Source of the DNA: Nitrososphaerota archaeon
GTDB lineage: Archaea; Thermoproteota; Nitrososphaeria_A; Caldarchaeales; Wolframiiraptoraceae
Direction: 5' to 3'
NCBI GenBank assembly: GCA_021159365.1
Contig: JAGGRY010000011.1
Coordinates: forward strand, 1-53,407
DNA length: 53,407 nucleotides
Below are positions 27,145 to 36,055 of the stretch, one piece after another. The notes under the pieces are model-generated. The model searched no databases. It was given only the letters and a program-made list of their open reading frames with translations, and was not told the origin of the DNA. The number at the start of each line of letters is the position of its first letter. Within the stretch, counting starts at the first letter, position 1. A program made the translations under genes and the position numbers.

Positions 27145-27678
27145 ATGATGTTGAGGGTTGGTAGATCTATAGTTGAGCTCGTTAAGGGAGATATAACGGA
27201 GCTTGAAGTGGATGCGATAGTCAACGCCGCGAACTCTAGGCTTAAGATGGGCGGTGGAGTTGCTGGAGCTATCTTAAGGAAAGGGGGCTGGAGCATTCAA
27301 GAAGAATGCGATAAGATTGGATACTGTCCGGTTGGTGGAGCGGTGATAACTGGAGCGGGAAAATTGAAGGCGAAATACGTTATCCACGCGGTTGGCCCTA
27401 GGATGGGTGAAGGCGATGAGGATAGAAAGCTTAGAAACGCCACCCTAAACTCCCTTAAGCTCGCGGAGAAGCATGGGATTAAAAGCATGGCCTTCCCAGC
27501 GATCTCGACCGGGATCTTCGGATTCCCAAAGGATAGATGTGCGAAGATAATGTTGAGAACCACAGTTGATTATCTTAAGGCTGGAAGCAGCATCGAGAGA
27601 GTCATCTTCTGCCTTTACGACGATGAAACTTATCAGATATTCGCCGAGGAACTTAACAGGATCAAGAATGAGGTTTAG
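27145..27678 (+). CDS. Macro domain protein (ADP-ribose / O-acetyl-ADP-ribose binding or hydrolysing, Af1521-like)
   Basis: VKGDITELEVDAIVNAANSRLKMGGGVAGAI and AFPAISTGIFGFP motifs. The start is probably one of the tandem ATGs at 27145/27148 rather than 27100. Confidence 0.8.
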   Translation: MMLRVGRSIVELVKGDITELEVDAIVNAANSRLKMGGGVAGAILRKGGWSIQEECDKIGYCPVGGAVITGAGKLKAKYVIHAVGPRMGEGDEDRKLRNATLNSLKLAEKHGIKSMAFPAISTGIFGFPKDRCAKIMLRTTVDYLKAGSSIERVIFCLYDDETYQIFAEELNRIKNEV

Positions 27679-28547
27679 GCGATATATGGTGGGGCTCCAA
27701 GCTCTTCATCATATTTTCTCTCAAGCTCTCTAACGAGTCTTTGAAGCTCTAAGCTCCTCTCAACGGCCTCATTCAATTCTCGCTCAAACTCCCTCACCCT
27801 CTTCTCAAGATCTCCTAGATCTAGCTTTATGTCAAGCATCATCGACAGCTTCCTTAAGACGTGGAGAGCTGTCTTAGGATTTGGAATCGTTACATAGCTT
27901 GGGCTATGGCCCCAGATTCCGATCGCCTCTATTCCCCGCTTCGAGGCCATGGTCATGATATAGCTATGGATACTTGCAGGTCCATCATATTCTATCGGCT
28001 TTAATCCATATGCCTCTATTTCCTGCTTTAGATTCTCCATGTTCACGACCGCCCTAACCCTCGGCTCCCTCGTATGCGGAATGAAGTCTAAGACCCCGCC
28101 TATCAGATAGATTCTCCTTATAATGCATTTATCGCATATCGATAGGATTTGATCCGTATATTCTTCCCAATTTATGTTCGGCTCGGATCCCATCAAGATC
28201 AGGACTGCTTTCCCATGATCTCCGCTAGTCCATAGATATAATTCGTTTGATGGAAATCTAAGATCTCTTAACACTCCTCCGCTCACGGTCACCAAAGGCC
28301 TAGTCGAGGTGAGATCATAATATCCGGAGGCTTTCAGATTTCCCACCTTTTCAGCCTTCAAAGAACTTACCAGATACTCTATCGAGATGGATGAGACTCT
28401 CCCCGCGTCTGGCCACCCGGAGAACCCCATTATCATCAACCTAGTCTTAAAGTCTTTAATGCGATCTAATTTCTTCAAAAGCTCTTCATCCATGAGCCTA
28501 TTCACGCGGTCAAATTCCTCTAAGATTGATATGAAGTTTTCCAGCAA
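27675..28547 (-). CDS. PAC2-family (proteasome assembly chaperone-like) protein with C-terminal coiled coil
   Basis: The IMGFSGWPDAGRVS N-terminal core and overall layout resemble archaeal PAC2/COG family proteins. This is pattern-level recognition only. Confidence 0.5.
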   Translation of the reverse strand: MLENFISILEEFDRVNRLMDEELLKKLDRIKDFKTRLMIMGFSGWPDAGRVSSISIEYLVSSLKAEKVGNLKASGYYDLTSTRPLVTVSGGVLRDLRFPSNELYLWTSGDHGKAVLILMGSEPNINWEEYTDQILSICDKCIIRRIYLIGGVLDFIPHTREPRVRAVVNMENLKQEIEAYGLKPIEYDGPASIHSYIMTMASKRGIEAIGIWGHSPSYVTIPNPKTALHVLRKLSMMLDIKLDLGDLEKRVREFERELNEAVERSLELQRLVRELERKYDEELGAPPYIA

Positions 28548-28576
28548 AGTTTAAACCATGAATCAAAACGGTTTCA

Positions 28577-28634
28577 GGTGAATGATGTGGGCTTGACGTC
28601 TGAGACGTGATGAAGGCTGCAGTATCTGACAAAC
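28577..28634 (+). ncRNA. C/D box sRNA candidate (2'-O-methylation guide)
   Basis: Box order and spacing are canonical. C box AUGAUGU is at 28582-28588, followed by an 11-nt guide. D' CUGA is at 28600-28603, followed by a 3-nt linker. C' GUGAUGA is at 28607-28613, followed by a 12-nt guide. D CUGA is at 28626-28629. The candidate lies in a 260-bp non-coding gap. Confidence 0.6.
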
Positions 28635-28807
28635 AAAAATGCTTCATGCCAAAAATATAATATTGTTTGTCCATCGACTCACCAAATGTTTTTACCTTGC
28701 GGAACTAGCATCTCACTTCGCTGTTATAGCTTCTGCCTTAAAGCACCTTTACTGTGAACAGTTTCTACATGTGTAGCGCCCGATCCGCCATCAATTTTGT
28801 TTACATT

Positions 28808-29197
28808 TCACCTATAGATTCTCAGAAGTTCTCCATCAACCTCCACTAAGTCTCCATTTCTTATCCTCGATATGTCTATTCTGTCGATGGTTGGGATCTC
28901 AGCGATTATCGCTCCAACCGCGATTATCGGTTCACATCTAATATTCACCATCGCTTTTGGAGCTATCCCTCTCTTCTTCAATCTCAGGATAATATATGAT
29001 CCGACGGTCGATCCCTTACCGTAGGGAAATACAAGTATCTTTCCGGCAATAGATTTGCCCTCAAGCTCGTGGCCTCTCTCGACGATCTCTCCGGTCATCG
29101 GATCGATTCCTCCATAGAAGCTTATAGGTTGATTTGAGACTAGGGCTTCACCCTTTGCCCATCCACTCCATATTATCCTACCCTTGAGCGCGATCAT
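28808..29197 (-). CDS. Aconitase X swivel-domain protein (DUF126); phosphomevalonate dehydratase small subunit-like
   Basis: 129 aa. ISFYGGIDPMTGEI and ILVFPYGKGSTVGSY are typical of DUF126/AcnXS. It overlaps the upstream DUF521 gene by 4 nt. Confidence 0.75.
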   Translation of the reverse strand: MIALKGRIIWSGWAKGEALVSNQPISFYGGIDPMTGEIVERGHELEGKSIAGKILVFPYGKGSTVGSYIILRLKKRGIAPKAMVNIRCEPIIAVGAIIAEIPTIDRIDISRIRNGDLVEVDGELLRIYR

Positions 29198-30381
29198 TTC
29201 ACGGCCAGCTCCACGAGTCCTTCAATAGACATGAACCTAACCTTTAAGCCATTTAAGTTTCTTGAAAACCATGCTCCCTTAGCGGAGTTTGTAGCTATGG
29301 ATCTTATTCCGAGATCTTTTATCGGAGCGACTATTGGACATGTATCGCATATCACTTTAACCCCAAGTCTTTCCAATTTCTCGATTATGCCGAGCTTCTC
29401 TCCAAGATTCTTCGCGGCCCTTGAAGTGAATATCCAAGTCTTCTTCTTAACGGCTCTACCGTTAAGCAGTTCTAAGAATATTATCAGCTCTCTTATGGAT
29501 GAGTGCGGGCATCCGATGAAGATGAGATCTGGTTCAACATCATCGTCATTTAGCTCATCATAGACTTCTCTAACCTCATCAAGTCCTACCTCATATTTTT
29601 CAGAAGCACTCATCTTCGGGTTTAGCTTGGCTTCAGGAGTTATCCCCTCGATGTGGAAGAGGGGTATTCCGCCTGAGCATGCGAGCGCTGCCCCTAAGAG
29701 CTTTAGTTCTTCATCCGAGATTAACTTGATTCCCTTGAATAGTGGTATCTTGTCTCCCGCTAATCTTCCAACAAGAAATCCGAGTGCTGCATATTCATAT
29801 CCACTTAAGGGTTTAGGAATCTTCACCTCGATCTCAGGACGCCTATTTTCATCTAGGTGTAGTCCATAGAGCGGGGTTCTTCCAGCTATCGCCGCGGCCA
29901 GGGCGCTTGGCCCACCTTCCCTATTTGTCCTCGCCCCTAGAACTGAGTTTGCGTAGATTATTGCTGAGCTCTCACTCCAAGCTATGTGATCCCCGAATCT
30001 CGGCCTATTTCCAGACAAGTAAGGCGTGCAAGTCAGAGTTTGCCTTATCCCAAGCTTTAGGTAGGCTTTGATCACCTTGAGCTGCTTTTCGGCGAAATCT
30101 TCTGGAAATCCGAGTTCTCTCCACCTTTCCAAATCTATTCCGCATGGGTTTAGGGTTGTTGGAACCCTGACTTTTCCATCTTCAGCTAGCTTCTCGATGA
30201 ACTCTAATCCCTCATCTCCCAAACTTTTGTAAGATACTCCAGAGATCTGAGCGCTCCTTATTTCTATCATTTTCTCGGCGTCGTAGATCTTTCCAAGGGC
30301 CACGAGGATCTCCATAGATTTCTGCGCTGCATATCCATATTCTCCCTTCAACATCTCCTCTTCTTCTTTAGTTAGATACAT
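29194..30381 (-). CDS. Aconitase X catalytic-domain protein (DUF521); phosphomevalonate dehydratase large subunit-like
   Basis: 395 aa. MYLTKEEEEMLKGEYG...IRSAQISGVSY N-terminus typical of DUF521/AcnXL, with conserved Cys residues for an Fe-S cluster. Confidence 0.75.
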   Translation of the reverse strand: MYLTKEEEEMLKGEYGYAAQKSMEILVALGKIYDAEKMIEIRSAQISGVSYKSLGDEGLEFIEKLAEDGKVRVPTTLNPCGIDLERWRELGFPEDFAEKQLKVIKAYLKLGIRQTLTCTPYLSGNRPRFGDHIAWSESSAIIYANSVLGARTNREGGPSALAAAIAGRTPLYGLHLDENRRPEIEVKIPKPLSGYEYAALGFLVGRLAGDKIPLFKGIKLISDEELKLLGAALACSGGIPLFHIEGITPEAKLNPKMSASEKYEVGLDEVREVYDELNDDDVEPDLIFIGCPHSSIRELIIFLELLNGRAVKKKTWIFTSRAAKNLGEKLGIIEKLERLGVKVICDTCPIVAPIKDLGIRSIATNSAKGAWFSRNLNGLKVRFMSIEGLVELAVK

Positions 30382-30394
30382 GTCGCCACCTCAA

Positions 30395-31708
30395 TTACTG
30401 AATGTAGTCTTCAAGCTTCAACTCATCTTCTCCAGGTATCCTCGCCTTGATAAACTTCTCCCTCTCCTCGCCAAGAGGTATCGTAGCATCTACTCCAGCC
30501 TTACAAGTGATTCTATTTACTTGATCCGCCGATGGATCCAGCGATGATCCAAGTTCACCCGGTTTCAGGATCAAGTCCTTGTCGAGCTGAGTTCTCGTCG
30601 CTAAAGCCCATTCAACCTCATTTGGATCCGAGATATCTATATCTTCGTCGACCACGATCACGTGTTTTAGACTCTTATGGGCCTTGAACGCCGCCTCGAT
30701 CGCCCTTCTCCCATCATCTTCATTCTTCTTCCTTATCTTTATCACGCAGTGTAGCCAGTTGCATCCTCCACCGGTTAATCTCACATCCAATACATCACAG
30801 ACCTTTGAGACTTCCCTGAATATTGTGGCCTCTCTTGGAGTTCCCATTAGGAATCTATGTTCTGGGCCTCCTGGTAGGATCTGCTGGAAGATCGTATCTC
30901 TTCTCATAGTTATGCACTTTATCTCTATGACTCTCTGCTTCCTAACGATGTCATAGGTTCCAGTTATATCTATGAATGGCCCCTCATCAGTCCATTCATC
31001 CGTCACCCTTCCTTCCAAGACCACTTCGCAATCCGCTGGAACAAGTAGATTGTTTGTTATTGTCCAAGTATATTTCATGGGCTTTAATGCATTCGCTATA
31101 TCTAATTCGCTTATTCCAAGTTTCCATGAGACCGCTGAGGCGAGCATGAATGCTGGATGATTTCCAATCGTTATCGCGACATCCCTATTCCCCCTCTCAA
31201 TATACGCGTTTAGATGTCTTGGAAGTATTCTCGCTACAAGCTTATTCTTCCCGATAAGCATCAATCTATGATAGCTTGCGTTAAACCCATATTCTGGATC
31301 ATATGCTATCACTATTCCCGCGGTTAAGTATGGTCCTCCATCCCTCTCACCGAAGATTAGGAATGGAAGCTTTCTTAGATCTGGATCCCGTATGACTATT
31401 TCTTGGCAGGGCGCATCTTCCACAACTTCACCTTTACTAGGATTCTCAATAGCGTAGATCAATCTGCTGAGTAGCTCTCCCTCACTTATATTCAGACTTC
31501 TCGCAACGAGTCTTCTATTGGCCGCTATATTCGCCGCCAATTTGAAGTCCTTGTGGCCCTCGATGTTGGTGAAGATTACGGGCCTTGAATTTAGCTTCTT
31601 AATCACAGCTGCGATCTCAAATCTTGTGGAAACCCTCTTATCGATCCTCGCTAAGAGGCCAAGCTCCTCAAGCTCGGAGAGAAAGTCTCTAAACCCCACC
31701 ATCCCCAA
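30395..31708 (-). CDS. UbiD-family (prFMN-dependent) decarboxylase; anhydromevalonate phosphate decarboxylase-like
   Basis: 437 aa. FRDFLSELEELGLLARIDKRV N-terminus and overall UbiD layout. It lies 13 nt upstream of the AcnX pair. Confidence 0.8.
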   Translation of the reverse strand: MGMVGFRDFLSELEELGLLARIDKRVSTRFEIAAVIKKLNSRPVIFTNIEGHKDFKLAANIAANRRLVARSLNISEGELLSRLIYAIENPSKGEVVEDAPCQEIVIRDPDLRKLPFLIFGERDGGPYLTAGIVIAYDPEYGFNASYHRLMLIGKNKLVARILPRHLNAYIERGNRDVAITIGNHPAFMLASAVSWKLGISELDIANALKPMKYTWTITNNLLVPADCEVVLEGRVTDEWTDEGPFIDITGTYDIVRKQRVIEIKCITMRRDTIFQQILPGGPEHRFLMGTPREATIFREVSKVCDVLDVRLTGGGCNWLHCVIKIRKKNEDDGRRAIEAAFKAHKSLKHVIVVDEDIDISDPNEVEWALATRTQLDKDLILKPGELGSSLDPSADQVNRITCKAGVDATIPLGEEREKFIKARIPGEDELKLEDYIQ

Positions 31709-31928
31709 ACTAATTCGATTAACTTGGATTTAATTCCATAACCTTGGCCAATTCCCTTAATAGATCCATAAATCTCATAATTCCTCTAACGCCGCTATTT
31801 GAGCACAGATTTGAGGAAGGCTCCGTTAAGTATATCTAGCGATACTCTTATCTCTCTATTGCGGAGGCCGTTTCTTCGATCTTAGAAGGTAATACCTTTA
31901 AGGGGTGCTGTAGAGGGGTGAAGGAAGA

Positions 31929-33689
31929 ATGGAGATTCTGAAGATCTCAGTGAAGCCTAGGCTTCCAAGATACGCTAGGAAGTGGATTCTTCTAGATATA
32001 TTGGGTTGTGTTGTGGGGATCCTCGGAGGATTGGGGGCGGTCTTCTTCAGGCTCATGATCTCCGTGAACCGCATATTCTTCTTCGATGTAGTTCTCCGCT
32101 CTCTCCCACTACATTTGGATGGAGTTAATCTCGGAGTGATTCTATTACCGGCTCTTGGAGGCTTGATAATAGGGCCTATAATCATGAAGCTCGCCCCGGA
32201 GACTAAGGGCCATGGGGTTCCAGAAGTTATGGAAGCTGCAACTCTTAGAGGCGGTAGGATTAGGAAGCGAGTCGCATTCCTTAAGGTGATAGTCTCCTCG
32301 ATAACCATAGGCTCTGGGGGAAGTGCCGGAAGAGAAGGGCCCATAGCTCAGATAGGGGCCACGCTTGGATCAGCCATCGGTCAATTGTTTAAGCTTGATG
32401 CGCAGAGTATGAAGCTCTTGGTTGTCTGCGGATTGGCCGCGGGCATAGCTGGAACCTTTAACGCCCCTCTAGGCGGAGCACTCTTCGGGATGGAGATCCT
32501 GTATAGAGGCATTGGATTATTCAATGCTATGCCCGTTATCCTCTCCTCGGTTATAGGCGCGACCGTGGCTTCCGTATTCTTGGGGCGTAAACCTGCCTTT
32601 AATCCTGAGGGATTGACTACGTGGACGCCTCAGGAGCTTCCACTTTATCTCCTCCTCGGAGTCATATTCGGGATAATTTCAATCCTTTGGGTTAAGGTCT
32701 TCTATGCCGTCGAGGATTTCTTCGAGAGACTCAATATATCTCCTCATCTAAAACCAGCTATAGGAGGATTAATAGTGGGGTTGATAGGCGTATTCTATGC
32801 TGGTTATGGAATTATGGGAGTTGGATATGAGGGAATAAACCTATTGTTGGCTGGAAAACTCACGCTAACCCTCCTCATACTCTTGGGAATTTTAAAGATC
32901 TTGGCCACATCCTTCACGATAGGATCTGGGGGTAGTGGAGGAATCTTCGCCCCAAGCCTCTACATAGGATCGATGTTTGGGGGAGCATTAGGGATCTTGT
33001 TCAACACGCTATTTCCATCGATAGTTACTCAGCCCACAACCTATGCCTTGGCCGGGATGGCCGCTCTATTCGCTGGAGCCGCTCAAGCTCCTATAAACGT
33101 CATAATAATGATACCTGAGATGTCTGGAACATTCACTCTCATACCTCCGATAATGGCTTCTTCGACCATGAGCTTCTTCATAGCTTGGCTCATTCTTAGA
33201 GGATCATCGATTTACACGATAAAGCTTGAGAGGAGGGGGATAAAGCTTAGAATGGGTAGATCATTCATCCTAGACTCTATTAGGGTTGAAGAGGTGATGA
33301 ATAGGAATATAATCACGCTTTCACCTGATATGCCTGTTCCAGCTCTTGAGACGCTTTTTGAAGAATACCATCACACGGGTTACCCTGTGGTCGAGGACGG
33401 TAAGCTCATCGGAATAGTGACCATCAGCGACGTTCAGAAGGTTCCGCCTGAAAAGAGGAAGGATCTCAAGATTAGGGATATAGCTTCAAGGAAGCTCATA
33501 GTGACTTATCCGGATGAAACTGTGCATCAAGCTCTCGATAAGATGTATATCAAGGATGTTGGAAGACTCCCAGTAGTTGATAGAAGCGATCCAACGAAGA
33601 TGATTGGAATAATCTCGAAACACGACATACTCAAGGCGTTTGAACTGGCTGCAAGAAAAGAGATTGAAGAAGCCGCTGAGGGTGTTTGA
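31929..33689 (+). CDS. ClC-type chloride channel/antiporter with C-terminal CBS pair
   Basis: Selectivity-filter motifs GSGGSAGREGP and GSGGSGGIFAPSLYIG, multiple TM helices, and two C-terminal CBS motifs. Confidence 0.85.
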   Translation: MEILKISVKPRLPRYARKWILLDILGCVVGILGGLGAVFFRLMISVNRIFFFDVVLRSLPLHLDGVNLGVILLPALGGLIIGPIIMKLAPETKGHGVPEVMEAATLRGGRIRKRVAFLKVIVSSITIGSGGSAGREGPIAQIGATLGSAIGQLFKLDAQSMKLLVVCGLAAGIAGTFNAPLGGALFGMEILYRGIGLFNAMPVILSSVIGATVASVFLGRKPAFNPEGLTTWTPQELPLYLLLGVIFGIISILWVKVFYAVEDFFERLNISPHLKPAIGGLIVGLIGVFYAGYGIMGVGYEGINLLLAGKLTLTLLILLGILKILATSFTIGSGGSGGIFAPSLYIGSMFGGALGILFNTLFPSIVTQPTTYALAGMAALFAGAAQAPINVIIMIPEMSGTFTLIPPIMASSTMSFFIAWLILRGSSIYTIKLERRGIKLRMGRSFILDSIRVEEVMNRNIITLSPDMPVPALETLFEEYHHTGYPVVEDGKLIGIVTISDVQKVPPEKRKDLKIRDIASRKLIVTYPDETVHQALDKMYIKDVGRLPVVDRSDPTKMIGIISKHDILKAFELAARKEIEEAAEGV

Positions 33690-34048
33690 GATTGCCGATC
33701 TTCGTGATCCATGAACATCACGCCAAGAGAGCTGGCCTACACTATGATCTCAGATTGGAGCTTGACGGAGTCTTGAAGTCGTGGGCATTTAGGAAGGAGC
33801 CTCCGACGATTAAGGGCGTCAAGAGACTTGGAATACCTCAGCCTGATCACGACCTATCCTACGCCGATTTCGAGGGAGTTATCGAGGAGGGATATGGGGC
33901 TGGATTGGTTAAGATCTGGGATAGAGGAGAGTTTAAGCTCTTAAAGAGGGATGAGAAGAAGATCGTCTTCTACGCCTCTGGATCGAAGCTTAAGGGGAGA
34001 TATATTTTGATAGATATTGGGAGGGGATGGCTTCTCTTCAAGGCCTAG
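33686..34048 (+). CDS. Stand-alone LigD-type 3'-phosphoesterase (PE) domain protein
   Basis: FVIHEHHAKRAGLHYDLRLELDGVLKSWAFRKEPP matches the FV.Q.H.A..LHYD.RLE..GVL.SWAVPKGP signature of LigD PE domains. 120 aa. The TTG start overlaps the ClC stop. Confidence 0.75.
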   Translation: MRLPIFVIHEHHAKRAGLHYDLRLELDGVLKSWAFRKEPPTIKGVKRLGIPQPDHDLSYADFEGVIEEGYGAGLVKIWDRGEFKLLKRDEKKIVFYASGSKLKGRYILIDIGRGWLLFKA

Positions 34049-34099
34049 AATGAACGCGATTAAACCCTAAAATAATTGAGGCCATGAACTGATCATGGC

Positions 34100-34834
34100 T
34101 TGCTTAGGATAGAGAATTTACATGTCTCGATTGATGGTAGGCTCGTCCTCCGAGGAGTGGATCTAGAGATAGGTGATGGAGAGACTCACGTCCTCTTCGG
34201 CCCCAATGGATCTGGAAAGACCTCTCTCGTCATGAGTATACTCGGTTATCCGGGTTACAGGGTTCTTTCGGGCAGGATAAGCTTCGATGGAGTCGATATC
34301 ACAGATAAGCCTATGGATGAAAGAGTTAGAATGGGGATAGGGGTCGTGTTCCAAAATCCTCCAAAGATCTATGGGATTAGGCTTAAGGATTTGATCAAGA
34401 TCATCTCGAAGTCTAAGATGAGTGGCGCGGAGATCTCAGGACTAATGGATAGATTGAACATAAACTCAAGTCTTCTAAATAGATATCTCAACGTCGGATT
34501 TTCTGGAGGAGAGATCAAGAGATCTGAGATAGCTCAAGTCTTAACGATGAAGCCGAAGTTCGTGATCTTAGATGAGCCCGACTCTGGAGTAGATTTGGAT
34601 AATCTTCAACTTATCGGAAGAGAGCTCGCCGAGAATCTTAAGGATAGATCAGGGTTGATAATAACCCATCATGGATACATCTTGAATTATGTTAAACCTG
34701 TTAAAGCTCATGTCATGGTAAACGGCGTTATAGTGTGTAATGGAGAACCTGAAACGATCCTGAATAGAATTAAGGAAAGCGGTTATAGGTGGTGTGAAAG
34801 ATGTTACGAGATGAGGAGATCAGAAAGGCTTTAG
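34100..34834 (+). CDS. sufC: Fe-S cluster assembly ATPase SufC
   Basis: Walker A GPNGSGKTSL, ABC signature FSGGEIKRSEIAQ, Walker B ILDEPDSGVD, H-loop ITHH. Confidence 0.85.
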   Translation: MLRIENLHVSIDGRLVLRGVDLEIGDGETHVLFGPNGSGKTSLVMSILGYPGYRVLSGRISFDGVDITDKPMDERVRMGIGVVFQNPPKIYGIRLKDLIKIISKSKMSGAEISGLMDRLNINSSLLNRYLNVGFSGGEIKRSEIAQVLTMKPKFVILDEPDSGVDLDNLQLIGRELAENLKDRSGLIITHHGYILNYVKPVKAHVMVNGVIVCNGEPETILNRIKESGYRWCERCYEMRRSERL

Positions 34835-36006
34835 AAAAACCCGCGAAGTATGGGGTGGATCTGGACCTATCGAGATACGAGTTCGGAGAAGCTGAAGAAT
34901 TCACGGAGATAGATAGAGATGTGAGTAAGAGGGGGATGGAGGTCGGGGTAGATCTCGACAAGAAGGAATCTCTCAGCACTTTCCTCCACGTCGATTATTC
35001 AACGGTTTACAAATCAGTTCAAAGACAGTTTAAGGGAGATTTAGAGTTGATGACTATCGATGAGGCGTTGAAGAAATATGATTGGGTTCGTGACCTCTTC
35101 TGGAAGCTTAGGGATCCATGTGAGGATAAGTATACGGCGTTCACGGCTCTAAACGCTAAGGGAGGATATTTTATGAGAATTCTCGAGAATAGAAAGATCT
35201 TGATCCCGATCCAAGCATGCTTCCTACTGTTCACTCAGGGAATAATTCAACCTGTTCACAATCTAATAATAGCTGAACCTGGATCTGAGGTCCACATCTT
35301 AACGGGTTGCACAATACATCCTAGGGTTACGAGGGGATTACATCTAGGCGTTACGGAGATCTATGTTAGAAGAGGGGCGAAGCTGACTTATACCATGGTT
35401 CATAGATGGGGGCCTGAATTCGACGTTAGGTCGAGGACTGGAATATTGGTTGAAGATAGGGGCATATTCATAAGCAATTACGTGATGCTCGGAGAGCTTC
35501 GGACATTTCAATCTCAGCCATCTGCAAGATTGATCGGATCATATTCGAGGACGAGCATGAATAACGTTGTTTATCTCAAGGGAAACTCGGAGATGGATTT
35601 AGGAGGAGAAGTTTTACTTGAGGGAGATGGATCAAGAGCTGAGATAATCTTAAACTCCGTCGCCGAGGATGATGCGAAGATAACTACTCGTGGTAGAATT
35701 CTTGGATTGGCGAATGATGTCAAGGGGCATTTAAGCTGCAGAGGGTTAATGTTATCGGATAGAGCTGAGATAACGACGATTCCTATTCTCGAATCGAAGA
35801 ACATGAACTCCGAGCTAAGCCATGAAGCTGCAATAGGTAAGATCGCTGAAGATCAGTTGAATTACTTGGTAGCCCGTGGACTATCTAGAGATGAAGCTGA
35901 ATCATTAATAGTTAGAGGTTTCTTGGATGTGAGCAAGATGCAGCTGCCTAAACCGGTTGAGGAAGGAGTTAGGAGAACTATAGAACTCGCCTTGAAGGGA
36001 TTTTGA
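34801..36006 (+). CDS. Fe-S cluster assembly scaffold protein, SufB/SufD family
   Basis: 401 aa with a beta-helix-type repeat region and the C-terminal motif SHEAAIGKIAEDQLNYLVARGLSRDEAESLIVRGF. It overlaps sufC by 34 nt. Confidence 0.8.
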   Translation: MLRDEEIRKALEKPAKYGVDLDLSRYEFGEAEEFTEIDRDVSKRGMEVGVDLDKKESLSTFLHVDYSTVYKSVQRQFKGDLELMTIDEALKKYDWVRDLFWKLRDPCEDKYTAFTALNAKGGYFMRILENRKILIPIQACFLLFTQGIIQPVHNLIIAEPGSEVHILTGCTIHPRVTRGLHLGVTEIYVRRGAKLTYTMVHRWGPEFDVRSRTGILVEDRGIFISNYVMLGELRTFQSQPSARLIGSYSRTSMNNVVYLKGNSEMDLGGEVLLEGDGSRAEIILNSVAEDDAKITTRGRILGLANDVKGHLSCRGLMLSDRAEITTIPILESKNMNSELSHEAAIGKIAEDQLNYLVARGLSRDEAESLIVRGFLDVSKMQLPKPVEEGVRRTIELALKGF

Positions 36007-36055
36007 GATGGTAAGGCTTATCAAGTTGATTTTCCTCTCTCATGGTTGGGTGTAG

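Noticed and set aside
28533-28547. Possible HbYX proteasome-activating motif at the PAC2-like C-terminus (actually encoded at the 27675 end)
   Set aside because: The C-terminal residues are ...PPYIA. Tyr is not penultimate, so the motif is not canonical. The coordinates given here mark the N-terminal end by mistake of orientation and should not be used.
31898-32344. 148-aa minus-strand ORF overlapping the start of the ClC gene
   Set aside because: It is antisense to a strongly supported membrane channel gene, is Pro/Arg/Ser-rich, and has no motif.
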